64,000 bases of DNA from positions 8,247,875 to 8,311,874 of the forward strand of contig OZ316891.1 of assembly GCA_973895155.1 (NCBI GenBank). The letters are read 5' to 3'. This DNA comes from Marsupella aquatica. Its lineage: Eukaryota > Plantae > Marchantiophyta. A model generated the notes under the pieces. That model did no database searches and had not been told where the DNA came from. It saw only the letters and a program-made list of their open reading frames with translations. A program made the translations under genes and the position numbers. Within the stretch, counting starts at the first letter, position 1, and each line of letters starts with the position of its first letter. Below are positions 52,322-64,000 of this stretch, in pieces.

Positions 52322-53836
52322 TACTGCTTGACAAAGCAGCGGATGGAAACTGATTTCATAATCAATTATTTATCCAGACTCATTTACGGTTCAATGTTGT
52401 ACAAAGCGCAGTTTCTCCGAATTTCATTTTCGAGCAGATTTCAGGTTTTGGATGGGAAATATTGAACATTCTTAGAGTTACAAATTGGGAAGCAGAGAGG
52501 CACATACACTCCACAATTGTGTCTAGTATACGGGCTTGAGTTTGGCTGAGTCTCTAGTTTTGCAAGGCATGAGCAAGATAGGCCAATTTTGGCATGCCAT
52601 CATTCACTTTCCAGATAATTTGGAGCGAGGCCCCTCAACCTTAGAGTATAGTCGCAAGTCTTGGTCTAAGTGCAGTGATGGGAGATCAAGGGGTTAGAAC
52701 TCCTCTGTTCAACAGGTCTCATTCACAACAATGACCATCGATCGGTATTATATATAGTCTAACATATCGACTCTTCAAACCTACTGTTAAGCAGCTTGGT
52801 TGCCCTCACGGACTTCATGAGAAGAATGGTACTGTAGTACAATAGACAAGACAGTAAGGTCACTCAGCTTCATCAGCATTTGGTGTCTCTGTCTATAATC
52901 CGTGATTCAATATGGCCATAATGTCCTACCCACAGTGAATTTACTTCAAGTCTCGTCGCTCTTTAGCGAAACTCGTAAGCTATCCGTGGAGGACGAAGTG
53001 AAGCGAGTTTAGCCCTCTAGAATCAAACATCCTACAGTTATACCTGATGTTTCTTCATGACGTTCACAAGAAGAGTGCAGCTATATAGGGGAGTGTCGTT
53101 GAGAGGTCAAGTATCTGAATTTTCGTACTGGTATCCGTATCCCAATTTCTCTGGGCCCAGAGTGATGAGGTCCGTAAGAGTGACAGTGGAGTGAGATTTT
53201 CACGGCCTAGAAATTGAGCTAGCTTTCTCACTGGTACCTGCTAGATTTGGCTTAGATCTGGTACGAGTGGTCTACTATCCCCCTCAAACGCAGAGTATAA
53301 ATTGATGGAAGGAAGCCACTTTAACCCACCAAAGCGAAGACGACTGTGGGTGTTGGCGCAAAATCGATTTCTTTTCCTGTCTTTGAGCTTAGCAGTCGAG
53401 CTGATCGATCTTATTGGGTAATGCGGTCCTCATGACCTTGCTTTCACCCTGCGAAGTTGAAAGTTAGTCATCTTTGGGAATCTTCTATCTCTCGAGGTTT
53501 CCTGCCTGTAATCTCTGTCTGTCCCAAATGTTCTAGAATTCCTACGAAGCGGCTTGTAATGTCTGTATTCGTCAAATTTTGCTCGAGAGCGTCCATTTAC
53601 TGTCTTCGTTCAGGTCATCTTTCTTGCAAACGAATTGCAATTAGAAATTGACAGCGTTGTCTAATGATATAAAGTATAGTTAGCAGTACTTCGGCCCAGA
53701 GCTAATTTAGATTCTTACGATTATCTCATGGAACACACTTTCAATCTCGTAACTGTAACTGTGGAGTTCTAATTAACATTGTTTCACTGTGAAGCAGAGC
53801 GGAGCGATTTCTTTATAGCCTCGGAGCATAATTACA

Positions 53837-54022
53837 ATGTCGTCAAAGAAGACATACATGGATACTGAGGCGGCAGCCCGGATTCAGTCCACGGAGGCAA
53901 GAGCCAATGATGGAAAAGTCGCCAAAGGTGATTTCGCGGCGCGAGCGCAGTCTGCTGCAGCTACAAACGCCAATACTGGAAAGACTGGCACAGGTGCTGG
54001 TTCCGGCTCGGCCAAAAAGTAA
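53837..54022 (+). CDS. Small single-domain SMP (seed maturation protein)/LEA-like protein of fungal/bacterial type, 61 aa
   Basis: Sequence MDTEAAARIQSTEARANDGKVAKGDFAARAQSAAATN matches the SMP-like pattern A.RIQS.EA...G....G.FA.RAQSAA..N. Good start context (acaATGt) and a TATA-like gatataaag at about 53666. Confidence 0.8.
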   Translation: MSSKKTYMDTEAAARIQSTEARANDGKVAKGDFAARAQSAAATNANTGKTGTGAGSGSAKK

Positions 54023-54978
54023 TTCGAAGGTCTTATCCTTCGAGCGGGCAGTCGAGCTTGTATCGACCTGAATCTTCGAGGCCCAATGCAGTCCGGCAAG
54101 CTGGAGTGGGGTTGTGACGGCAATACAGTAGGTGACGATGTGCGATGTTGACAAGGCCATTCCGTAGGCAGATGTTCTCTTCGGATCCTGAAGGTCCGGG
54201 CTTTGTGTGATAATTGGACTCAATTCCGGTTATTTCATTAGTCATGGTATTCTGTATGTTTTGAAATAAAGTTGCTCGCAGCACTCTGGCATTGAAATAC
54301 GATCTCTCTTCGGATTCGTACCATGTTTTTCTTGAATGAAAGACTCAATTTCCACGATTTATCTCTCGTGACTGCTGTGTCCATTAACTTTCTGCCCTAC
54401 ATAAGAGTCCTAAATAGATCTTAGAAAGAGTCCCAAATAAGTCATCTACTACACATTGTACGCCTTTTGCAATGCACGATAGCTTTGGAAGTGCATAAAG
54501 TCCTTCTGAACGAGAGTTCAACGGTGCTCATGTTGCTGAAATCCCTTGATTTATGAGAGCCAGTAATGTGGAATGGGCTGTAACATCTTCCAAGGTTGCT
54601 TACTAAACTCACAGGCTTTTCTTTTCTTTCCTGTCGTATTTTGTTTCCCAAAACTACGGCTGTTCAAAACAGCTGTACACAAATATGATGCGTCTTCATC
54701 TTTCGTGACGACGGATCTTCCAAAATCACAATTTCCTCCCTTTGCTATTGCTTCTCAAGGTAGCGCATGCCAGGTTGAAAACTTCTGCATGCTACTTGCT
54801 CGTAACAATTCTAGAGCTTTTTCAACTGCTTGACGTAGGTGACCCCCAAAAAGGAAGTTGGCTAAAAAATTTCTAAACTAAATCAGTCTATTCTATCAAG
54901 TTCCTTAACCAATTCTAACGCTGGTATAAGGCCAACCTAATGTCTTCACAGAAACGGCTCGTGATGGTCTACTGCAGG

Positions 54979-57604
54979 TCACAACTTTCTACAAAGGGCC
55001 ATCCCGTCACCAATTGCAACCTGCAAGGGATCACAACTTGGTCAACATATGAAATCAAGTGTGCTTCCAAATGCAGTGTTAGAAACACGCGTTGCGAAAC
55101 TTTTCGTTTGAGACAACCCACCAAGTTGTAGTCGATCCGGGAGTCCATGAGAAGAAAATTATTGAAATCACGAATGCTTTGTGTTTTGGAGTCGATAACC
55201 TGCGAGAACTAATGATTGGTTATAAATCTTTTGAGAGACAGTAATGATAATCTCATACACGCAATGACAGAAAGGATCTTTTGGGCATACCAAGGGGTCA
55301 GCAACTGTTCCATGCCACAGCACATTGTCCACTACCACCAACCCTCCAGGCCTCACCTGTGGCAAGAACATTCTTAGGAGTCTGAATAGAACAAATCTAT
55401 ATCCTGTTATACAATAGAACATGACTTAATTATTATTTTCCCATGGAAGCTGTCTGGCAAAAGTACATTTTAGGGATTGCAAATATAGAACGAATCTATC
55501 ATCTCCTGTTGTACAGCCTTAATTATTCATTTCTCCTCAAGGAAATAAGAGATATGGTCACAGAGAATGTCATCGTAAGATTCAAGCCTTGTCTGGATGC
55601 TGTACAATTCAATCGATTCATTCACACCACTAATTGTGGTTTACGACCATCACACACGAAATTCAAGTGCTCCAGAATGTGCTCTATATTCCTCATCGAC
55701 AACATTAAAGCGGGAATTTGTCTACAAATACATCCGAAAGCCTGTGTCGACAAGATTTGTGTCCTGAAAATCAAAGAGCTGAACAGAGCAAAGCAGTACG
55801 GTCTGAACGGAGAGTCAGTAGTGCTTTACGTACCAGCTTTAGCAGGAGCTCGTAGTACTGAGGATACATTCTCTTATCTGCATCTATGAATGCAAAGTCA
55901 AACCTGCCAGCCCCTTCTTCAAGTAACTCCGTGAGAGTGTCCACAGCTAGTCCAAGTCTAATATCGACCTGTCAGTTCACAAACGCTTCATTTCATCTCT
56001 GGTTCTGAAGAAAATTGACTGAGGATATGCAAGAAGGTAACAATGTCGAATTTTTTGTCCACCAAAGAAGAACAGGCTTCCATTTCAAGACCACCCCGGG
56101 AACTGACCAACCTTGTGAAAAACACCCGCACGCCTAAAGTACTTCTCTGCAATAGCCAGTGATTTCTCTGACCTATCACATGCAACAAGTCGCCCTGAAT
56201 CTGGTAGCACCAGCGCAACAGCCAATGATGAATATCCCTGCACATCAATTATCATCCGTATTTGGACCAAGTTGCACACCATAATTTCAGTGGTCACCAA
56301 ACCTCACTCCTTTCCGTTTCTGAAAATCAAAACCATAGCTGGGTATTTTATTAATCCACAGTAAACTTATCTCAAAGGAAACGAGCAACACAACTCGTGA
56401 CAATAGACTCGTGACAATAGAGTTGTTGACTAAGTTTCTGAGTCAAGAATACCTGAAATAGCTGACAGAGCCAAGAGTTGTGCTAGCGTAAAAGCCATTA
56501 AGCTCAGGAACAGCGGGGGACTTACGTGAAAAACTCCAACTTCTATGCATTGCTTTGCACCCATCAACTGCACTAACATTGCCAATAGTTGCGCTTGATC
56601 TGCTGTGACCTGAGAAGTCATGACGAAAGTATGAATGTGTTTTCTTTCAAGAGAAGGGAGATGAAGGCTGCGGATAGAGCAAATACGAAAAAGAAGAATG
56701 CAACAGGGGAGACACTGAGTAGAAGAGAACTTCCACCTGCATTTGGCTGCCTTGCATATGGCTCGTCTCCTGTCGCATCTCACGCAATATCTGAGCCCAT
56801 TCAGTGCTTGTCAGAAATCCGCTGTTCTGAATTGCGACCAAATAGGGAAACACAGACGCTGCCAACCAGACGGCCATAACTTTGAAACAAAGATCCTCCA
56901 GAACCTTTTAAGATGACCATGGACACAATCAACAGTGAGCTGCAAAACGCAACGTGTCATGAATGAAGCAATAACGCCAATCATGTCCAAATACCAGTGC
57001 CGACTTCCTTTTTGACTGTGTAGTGGAGGTTGAGGGACTTAAAGTTTCCGGTAGTTGTCTTAACGTGTGGGATTCTGGTCCTGAACACTCATTCCTAGGA
57101 GAATTGGTGGCAAATGGGGAAGGCAAAGCAAAAGATTTAGAACAAACGGAGAGAGAGATGTGTACGTTGAAAATTCCACAGTTTCCTGAAGGACTATAAA
57201 ATTAAAAATCTGGGGAACAAGACAGCATTCGCTTTCTGAGCCCATTGCATCCACAGACTAGCTACAATAAGGAAACCAATCAGGAGCTTCTAACTAGCAA
57301 TTCTAGTACTTCAATCTGCAAAAGGAAACAGGGCACACAATAAACATGCCTCTGGTTCGCGAGTATTGGCTTGGACGTAGTTGAATAGCCGATCACTTGC
57401 CAATTCGTTGGCCTTCCTTGGCTCGAATTCGATTTTCACAGCCCTAATTCTTTCTTCCTGTGATGCATTGCGCTTATTAGCAGATACAGCCAGGCAAAAT
57501 CTTCGATGTGGGTGCTGCTTGCTTCCTTTCCTCAATCTCGTCACACTGCTTCCCCACCGAGTAATTGTACCTCGCCAAAGGCTCAGACTGGCGGCGGATG
57601 CCAT
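54979..57604 (-). CDS. Class I (CCoAOMT-like, Methyltransf_3) O-methyltransferase with transit peptide, At3g61990/At3g62000-like; 8 exons, 279 aa
   Basis: Exons 57604-57350, 56790-56737, 56609-56526, 56237-56112, 55968-55834, 55356-55291, 55199-55122 and 55020-54979, total 840 nt. Contains CIEVGVFHGYSSL, FDFAFIDADK, DNVLWHG and IGDGM. The intron 1 donor is GC. Confidence 0.93.
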
Positions 57605-59721
57605 AGCTGGCCGAGTTGGGCTCCTGGCTGAGCTATTCTGCTCAGTGATCAAAAGTGGAGCAAGACCGCAACCCGGAGTGTGAACCCAAATCTCCCACGA
57701 TTTCGGAGCACCAAGCTGCGAGACTGTGCAAGAGAATATTGCTCATTTCTTTCCTAGCTTGATAAGCAGTTTATGGCTCCTCTTCCTCATTTATCCTATT
57801 TCAATTTGAAAGCACGAAAAGAGGAACAATGTCAATTTAATTGACTAGAGGACGCCCTGTTGTCTTGGATCCAAAACAGTTGAGCATCCATTCCTGCATT
57901 CCCTAGACAACAACAAAAACCGTGATCCGGGAGCACACAAGCCTTCAACATTTGTGCTCACGAGTGTCCCGGTAAATTCATTCGACCGAAGTGCCAATCA
58001 AATACGAATGAGTAACTGGATTGTATTCTCTTCAGTGTTCACCAAACCAGCAGGATGGGTGCGAGATGCGACAAGAGACACGGACGAGAAGGCAGGCGAG
58101 GCAAAGAGTAGAGCGTACTTTGGAGGCGGACGCAGCGCGGCAGTCAGTCAGTAAGTCCGCACGACACAAGAGATGGCTCGAGATCCTATTTGCTATATTG
58201 CTCGCCCAGCAGCAGTACCAGCCACAAAACAATTCGCTTGAAACTAGCAGTACCCAACTCCATATTCAAAGCCAAATCTACTCCTCCAGTATAGTATTGT
58301 TGTCGAACAGGACGAAACGGATTACTTATTAATTAAAACCTTTCGTGACTTCGGTAATTTGTGGGACCCACTTTTACAACTAATTAATGTTCATTATGTG
58401 ATGACCTTCTACAGAAGAGTTATGACCTGAAATGAGAGCTCCTGTAGATGAGAAACTCAAGAGGACGTGATTGGTCCGAAGTACGACCATGTTTAGCATG
58501 ACCCGACTTAGGGTCCTCGTTGGCGCATTCCAGGATGAGAAACTTGTGGCATCCGGATCACCACGGGTGACCCACAGCTTGATGACCGCTGTCGTCTTCT
58601 CAGAATGTGGCGAAGTAATCTTGAAACGATGCCAAATGGTATTGTATGATGTCATTGCTACTTCTTTGATTCCACATTTGCGTGCACTTCAAGCATTCAG
58701 AGTTTCCTGGGACCCCTCATAAAACCGGGGGGAGTGGGTACGCTTGATGTCTAATAATGAGCTTTCGCATTGCCTCACTCTGGTAACTTTGCTTCACTGC
58801 TCGTGTCCTCCAGCTGCGGCGGGAGGTGGGAGTCGGAAGATAGCGGACCAACATTTACAGAAGTGCCATCAGGTTAGTGCTGCAAATCCTTTCCATTCGT
58901 GTAAATTCTGATTTAATAACGAGATTTCGGTACTGATTCAGCGCAGAGGTATATTGCGCTTGATGGAAATGGTGGTTGATTGGTGAAATTTGTCTCACGA
59001 GGAAGTGGACAGTCGCATGCTTCACATTGAAAAAATCTGTATGTCACGTGCGGACACGGGAAAATCTTCCAGGACACGCCCACTACCGTGAACTCTCCCT
59101 ACTTGAATAGTTTGAATTGTATAGTTTAAGTAAGTGGTGTGCATGCCCTAGGAGCTCTTCCCATGTTTTTTTCCTAGTGTATCTGTAAGAAGGCACGATG
59201 ACCTTGGTACCACAGTACTTGTAGCTCAATTTGTGGAAGAAAGCATTGAGTTGTTCAAATCTCGATTTGCGTTTTGGGTGTGAACATAGCAAATCTTCAA
59301 TTACTTAAAGCGAACGAATCAAATGCAGTCTTTATCCAATTCTGGTAGCTAACTGTTGTTACATTAACTTGGCTTAGAAGCTCTAGATTTTGCGGCAGCG
59401 GAGGTTGTACTTTAGTAGTGGTCACATTGTTTAAAACCTCCAAGGAATGTCGAACCCTTAGCTTCGTTCTGATGCTCACATTCCTGATACAATGGAATGT
59501 AGCGCTAGTGACCGATGTTTGTTTTCCGTGGGTTTGAAGTGATTGGAATATTGGCAGTTTTACATACATCCTACTGAGAATAGCTTCCTCTGTACAATGG
59601 GTGTGCAGGGGTTCAACTGCATAACAGACTCGCCACCGCTATTCTCCTCTCTTCACTCGCCCCGATTCACCACACCTAATCAACCTATATCCCTCTTCTT
59701 GCTCCCGTGCCACCGCTGACG

Positions 59722-60555
59722 ATGGTCACTTCGCTACTCCAATGTAGAACAATTCTCGTCACGGGCGCAACGTCCGGTCTGGGGCGAGGCATCGCCCTGA
59801 GGCTGCTGAAAGAAGACCCAAACGTCAAGCTAATCATCACCGGTCGACGCGAGCAGAACCTTCAAGAGATTGTCAGCGAGTATGGCCCATCGAGGGTAGC
59901 AACTGTACCATTCGATCTATCGGACGTGGGGAACATATCGAAATTGGCTGAACAAGTCCTTGCTTGTTTTGGTGGGAGCCTGGACGGTGTGATTCTCAAC
60001 GCGGGTATGCAGAGGGGCTTCCTCTTCACTGCCCCAGACGCCTCTTCCAGCGTCGATCTAAAAGCGCTTCGACTGGAGCTGGACGTCAATTACACGTCCC
60101 CAGTAGCGTTGACGCAGCATCTCTTGCCTCATCTCATCGAGATTGCGAAAGCCGGCAAGCCAGCGAGCATCAATTTCGTTACGTCGAGTCTCGCTCTCGT
60201 TCCCATCAAGCCTTGCCTCAACTACTGCGCAACGAAGGCTGCCTTGCACACCTTCACACTCTGCCTCCGCGGGCAGGTGGACGAGCTCAACCTCGGAGGA
60301 AAACTAGCGGTGACCGAGATCATGCCACCGCTCGTCGAGTCTGAATTGCACGATGCAAAACACCAGCCGCAGCTGGCGTTCGACGTGAGAGGCCACCCAC
60401 CTTTCGCCATGTCTCTGGAGGACTTTTTGGATGGCGTCTGGGAGGGGTGGAGCAGGCCGGGTGGACCGCCTGATGAAATTGCTGTTGGCAGTCGTACACA
60501 GCAACACTGGGAGAAGGTGGATAAGCCTAGAAAGGAGTTGTTCGGAGCGTTCTAG
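59722..60555 (+). CDS. Short-chain dehydrogenase/reductase, fungal DltE-like type; intronless, 277 aa
   Basis: Contains TGATSGLG (TGxxxGxG), TGRR, LNAGMQ, VTSSLALVP, NYCATKAALH (YxxxK) and EIMPPLVESELHDAKHQP. The ORF is visibly more GC-rich than its flanks. Confidence 0.9.
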   Translation: MVTSLLQCRTILVTGATSGLGRGIALRLLKEDPNVKLIITGRREQNLQEIVSEYGPSRVATVPFDLSDVGNISKLAEQVLACFGGSLDGVILNAGMQRGFLFTAPDASSSVDLKALRLELDVNYTSPVALTQHLLPHLIEIAKAGKPASINFVTSSLALVPIKPCLNYCATKAALHTFTLCLRGQVDELNLGGKLAVTEIMPPLVESELHDAKHQPQLAFDVRGHPPFAMSLEDFLDGVWEGWSRPGGPPDEIAVGSRTQQHWEKVDKPRKELFGAF

Positions 60556-60937
60556 CCGAGCATTAGGAATTGAGAGAAAGGGCGAATTAGGGGCCGAACA
60601 GATTGCGTTGATGTGACGACGAAGGGCAAGCGCACATAGGAAGGAGAGAAAACGGGAGAAGGTCGATAAGCCTAGAAAGGAGTTGTTCGGAGCGTTCTAG
60701 CCGAGCAGTAGGAATTGAGAGAAAGGGCGAAATTAGGGGCCGAACAGATTGCGTTGATGTCACGACGAAGGGCACATAGGAAGGAGAGAAAGCGGGAGAA
60801 GGTCGATAAGCCTAGAAAAGAGTTGTTCGGAGCGTTCTAGCCCAGCATTAGGAATTGAGAGAAAGGGCGAATTAGGGGCTGAACAGATTGCGTTGATGTC
60901 ACGACGAAGGGCAAGAGCAAAGGGGAAGGAGAGAAAG
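60509..60937 (+). repeat. Tandem repeat of about 140-145 bp, 3 copies, comprising the last SDR codons, the stop and the 3' flank
   Basis: Units start at 60509, 60654 and 60794 (gggagaaggt.gataagcctagaaa.gagttgttcggagcgttctag...). Confidence 0.95.
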
Positions 60938-61489
60938 CTTTCACGAGAATAGAGAGGACCCTTGCAAATCTTCGTTTCAACCGACATTGCGAACCCGTAA
61001 CTATCCAAAGGAAATGAATTGCGTCGTTGATTAGTCCCAAGCTAGTCGCTCACCAGTGATGGATAATTCTCCTCCTCAATTAGGAGATAGCGTATCATGT
61101 TTCGCCATAGCACAATGGCAACTGTACCCTGGATCGATTTTTTCAAGAGTCTGAAGCATTGTTGAACGTGATTTGAGAAAGGATCTGGTGTGAGAAGACA
61201 ATCCAGTAATGCCCTTCTGCTATTCAGATGCCCAATCGTAATTGATGAGACCAGGCAAGCAATTATAACACGAACATCATGGAGAGTTGAATCGCTTAGA
61301 ATGTCGTGAAAAAGCATGAGTTGTGGGATTGTAAAATGTCCACTGAGCGTTTCAGGGGGGTTTGTTGCTCCTCACAAGTGTCGAGTATTAGAATTGAGGA
61401 CTACTGAGTACTTGGGCTTTTTTTTTGCCCTCTGAAAAAACCAATTGAAATTCAATCAAACAGCCAGCATATAACATGGGTGGCCCACA

Positions 61490-61970
61490 AAAGGGGGTCG
61501 GCACCTAGAGGGACCAAAGGTATTGGAGCCAAACGAACAGGAGAGAAGCAGGCCAAACAAGAAATTTAACTCCTGCAGAAGGAGAGCACAACTCCAAAGA
61601 CTGCAACTCCAAAGACCCGCAAGTGGAGAGGTACTTTGTGGGGCACCAAACAGTGGGTCCGGCTGGGCACCAAACAGTGGGTCAATGATAAAGAAAAACA
61701 ATATGGATCTAGCCAGCATTAAGAGAACCAAACAAGAAATTTAACTAGTGCAGAAGGAGCTGCACAACCCCAAAACAGTGGGTAAGTGATAAAGAAAAAC
61801 AATATGGATCTAGCCAGCATTAAGAGAGCCAAACAAGAAATTTAACTAGTGCAGAAGGAGCTGCACAATCCCAAAGACCGGCCAGTGGAGAGGGACTGGT
61901 GGGCACCAAACAGTGGGTCCGTGATAAAGCATGTCCATGATAAAGCAAAACAATATAGATCTAGCCTGCA
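61490..61970. repeat. Patchwork of internal duplications, retroelement-UTR-like
   Basis: tgataaagaaaaacaatatggatctagccagcattaagag..ccaaacaagaaatttaact occurs twice, and gggcaccaaacagtgggtc occurs three times. Confidence 0.8.
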
Positions 61971-62946
61971 GTGTAGCCTCCCATCTGCTAAGTCATTGAA
62001 CAACATATCGCATGTTGGCACTGGACCATTTGTCGGGTTGCTTTCCACTCTCCAACATCAACTGAAGGGTCGTGGTTTAATCAAGCCTACACAAACGGTA
62101 TCAGTCCACTATCAACAGATCAACTCACAATGACAAGTGTTAACATCCGACCGACAGGGAGGGTTATTAAATATTGAGTAACCCAATATCCTCTAATGAC
62201 AAAAACAAATTGCAAAGGGGAAGAGAGTTTCAGACACAGATGCAAATGGAGAGTATAAATCAAAACTCAGGAGAAAGCAATTTGGGGCATCCAAAGACAC
62301 AGGGAACAAACAACTACAATCAGTAGACATTGAAATTTATCCCGAATAAGTTTTGATCTCATCAAGTCAATGATCGTTTCCAACCTATGTTTGATAATTA
62401 TTCAGTGAACGACCCTTGTCGACTCTAACATTGCTGACCAAACGTTGATTTAATTACTGTAGGTTTCTGCCTTTGCTCAACAGAAAAAAAAAACTGTGTG
62501 AAACGGAACCGCGATTCAGAGAAACAGGCACACTGCAAAAAGCTCGGTGAATCTTCATAAAATGCTTCTTCACTTTTGAAGCAAACGAATACATCCTTTC
62601 AGTAAAAGGGGAAAACCAAAATTCATAACAAAGGGGAAAACAAAGTACAATGAAGTAAAAGCACAAGGAAACTACAGTAGGTACAAAGAGGACAAACCTC
62701 TAACAAGATTAAAAAAAGCAAGTGCAACCCTGCAAGAAGAGGAAAAAGAAACGGAAAAAGCAGGTAACACTTCACTAGTGGGATGGACGTCCTAAGCTAA
62801 AACAAATGTGGCAAGAGCTAATGATCCACATATAGTGTCATAACTAAATTTGCAAGAGGAACATGCATGAACTCTATAGGGTACAAAATTCTGCCGATGC
62901 AAACTAGCTTCCACTATGAAGGATGGACGATAAATTGCTGCACAGT

Positions 62947-63050
62947 GTCACTGATGTGTGCTGACCATTTAAGTCTGTGGGGGAGTTGATTATTACAATG
63001 TCACTGAAGTGTGCTGACCATTTAAGTCTGTGTGGACGAGTTGATTATTG
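62947..63050. repeat. Tandem duplication of about 53 bp
   Basis: gtcactga.gtgtgctgaccatttaagtctgtg...gagttgattatt occurs twice. Confidence 0.88.
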
Positions 63051-64000
63051 CAAAGGTCCAGTAATTCAATTCAGTACTGTTGTTCTTATGCCTTAGTGTT
63101 ACTCCTCCATTCATAGCTTTGAACATGTACTCCATGTAGAAAACAAGAGCATTAGTCTCCATAATTCCACCCATATCCAACAAACTAACTCAGCGTCGAA
63201 GCTCTCACAATCACGAAGGATAAAAGTGAGGGTGTCTGGTTACAATTGCCAATACTACTCAGGCGTGAGATTGCCTCAAAACTTCAGGCGTACGATCCTC
63301 AAGCCTAACTAAAACCATCTTTTACGGAGCCACCCACTCATTACCAGATAACAACTGGATGAGACGAAAGCAAGTCGAACAAATATGCAAATTAATCCAA
63401 AGAGATTTCGGATGTTTCGCATTCAAAACCAACTATTTCCATACATTAATGGCTTTACTTGCGAGTTCCCACAGAGCAAGCGAATAGTAGCAGTGGCACT
63501 CCCACTGAGTCAACTCCTACATTGGACATTGACATGAGTCGAGGAAGCAAAAGCTTAAAATGATTGTATGATTGAATTGTGAAGTAGGCGCGGTATTATG
63601 TTGAGACCAGTTCAGGCTCAGCTGAATGAGTTTCGCGACCGTTAGAAATGCTAGCATAGATGGAAAGAAACTGTAAGCCATCTGCCATCCGGACAATTTG
63701 ATCAAATCCGAGAAGCACGCTCGCCAGAAATTTGCGAACTTACTAGAGGAAGTCGTTTCCCTGTCATTCCCATTATCCTCGTCCTGTTTTGGGTGAAGTT
63801 CCATCTACATTTGCATGGTGGAAATGTGAGGTACAAAGAACAGACTTAGGTCGCTTTACGGGAATTTACGCTGTGACCTCACGAGAATCAAGAAATGTGG
63901 CTTCGTTTGATGACTTGTCGTAAACTTTAATGCACGAAAACTCGTTTTCGAATCCTTTTCCAAGCCCAGTCCAGATTGCAACATGAAAACTTGGAGATTT

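Noticed and set aside
60509-60937. Possible CRISPR-like repeat-spacer array
   Set aside because: The whole units are duplicated, there are no variable spacers, and the context is eukaryotic.
63517-63804. Possible terminal exons of a minus-strand gene entering from the right edge
   Set aside because: There is no recognisable motif and no consistent splice model within the window.
1-64000. Interpretation of the whole window as a fungal contaminant or a prokaryotic operon/defence system
   Set aside because: Green-lineage plastid genes (TGD2, CGL160) with spliceosomal introns and plant-type TEs dominate. No rRNA, tRNA or prokaryotic system was recognised.

Overview
This is eukaryotic nuclear DNA from a land plant; a non-seed plant such as a liverwort is my inference from gene and repeat style and cannot be proven here. 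Five native, multi-exon plant genes can be spliced by hand into complete reading frames: TGD2, eIF3j, CGL160, a TPT/SLC35C2-like nucleotide-sugar transporter, and a plastid-type class I O-methyltransferase with a GC-AG intron. Between them lie decayed transposons: a Ty1/Copia element plus an inverted LTR+leader copy, a 5'-truncated Helitron, LINE 3' ends, a TIR element and many short tandem duplications. The main unexpected signal is four intact genes that look fungal (or microbial) rather than plant, spread between the native genes over about 52 kb. They are an intronless AKR8/pyridoxal reductase (8124-9110), a 3-exon DUF2237 gene (45698-46558), a tiny SMP/LEA-like protein (53837-54022) and an intronless DltE-like SDR (59722-60555). 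Together they suggest a local hotspot of fungus-to-plant horizontal gene transfer with a redox/stress theme. Family assignments come from motif recognition, not database searches, and a chimeric assembly must be excluded.
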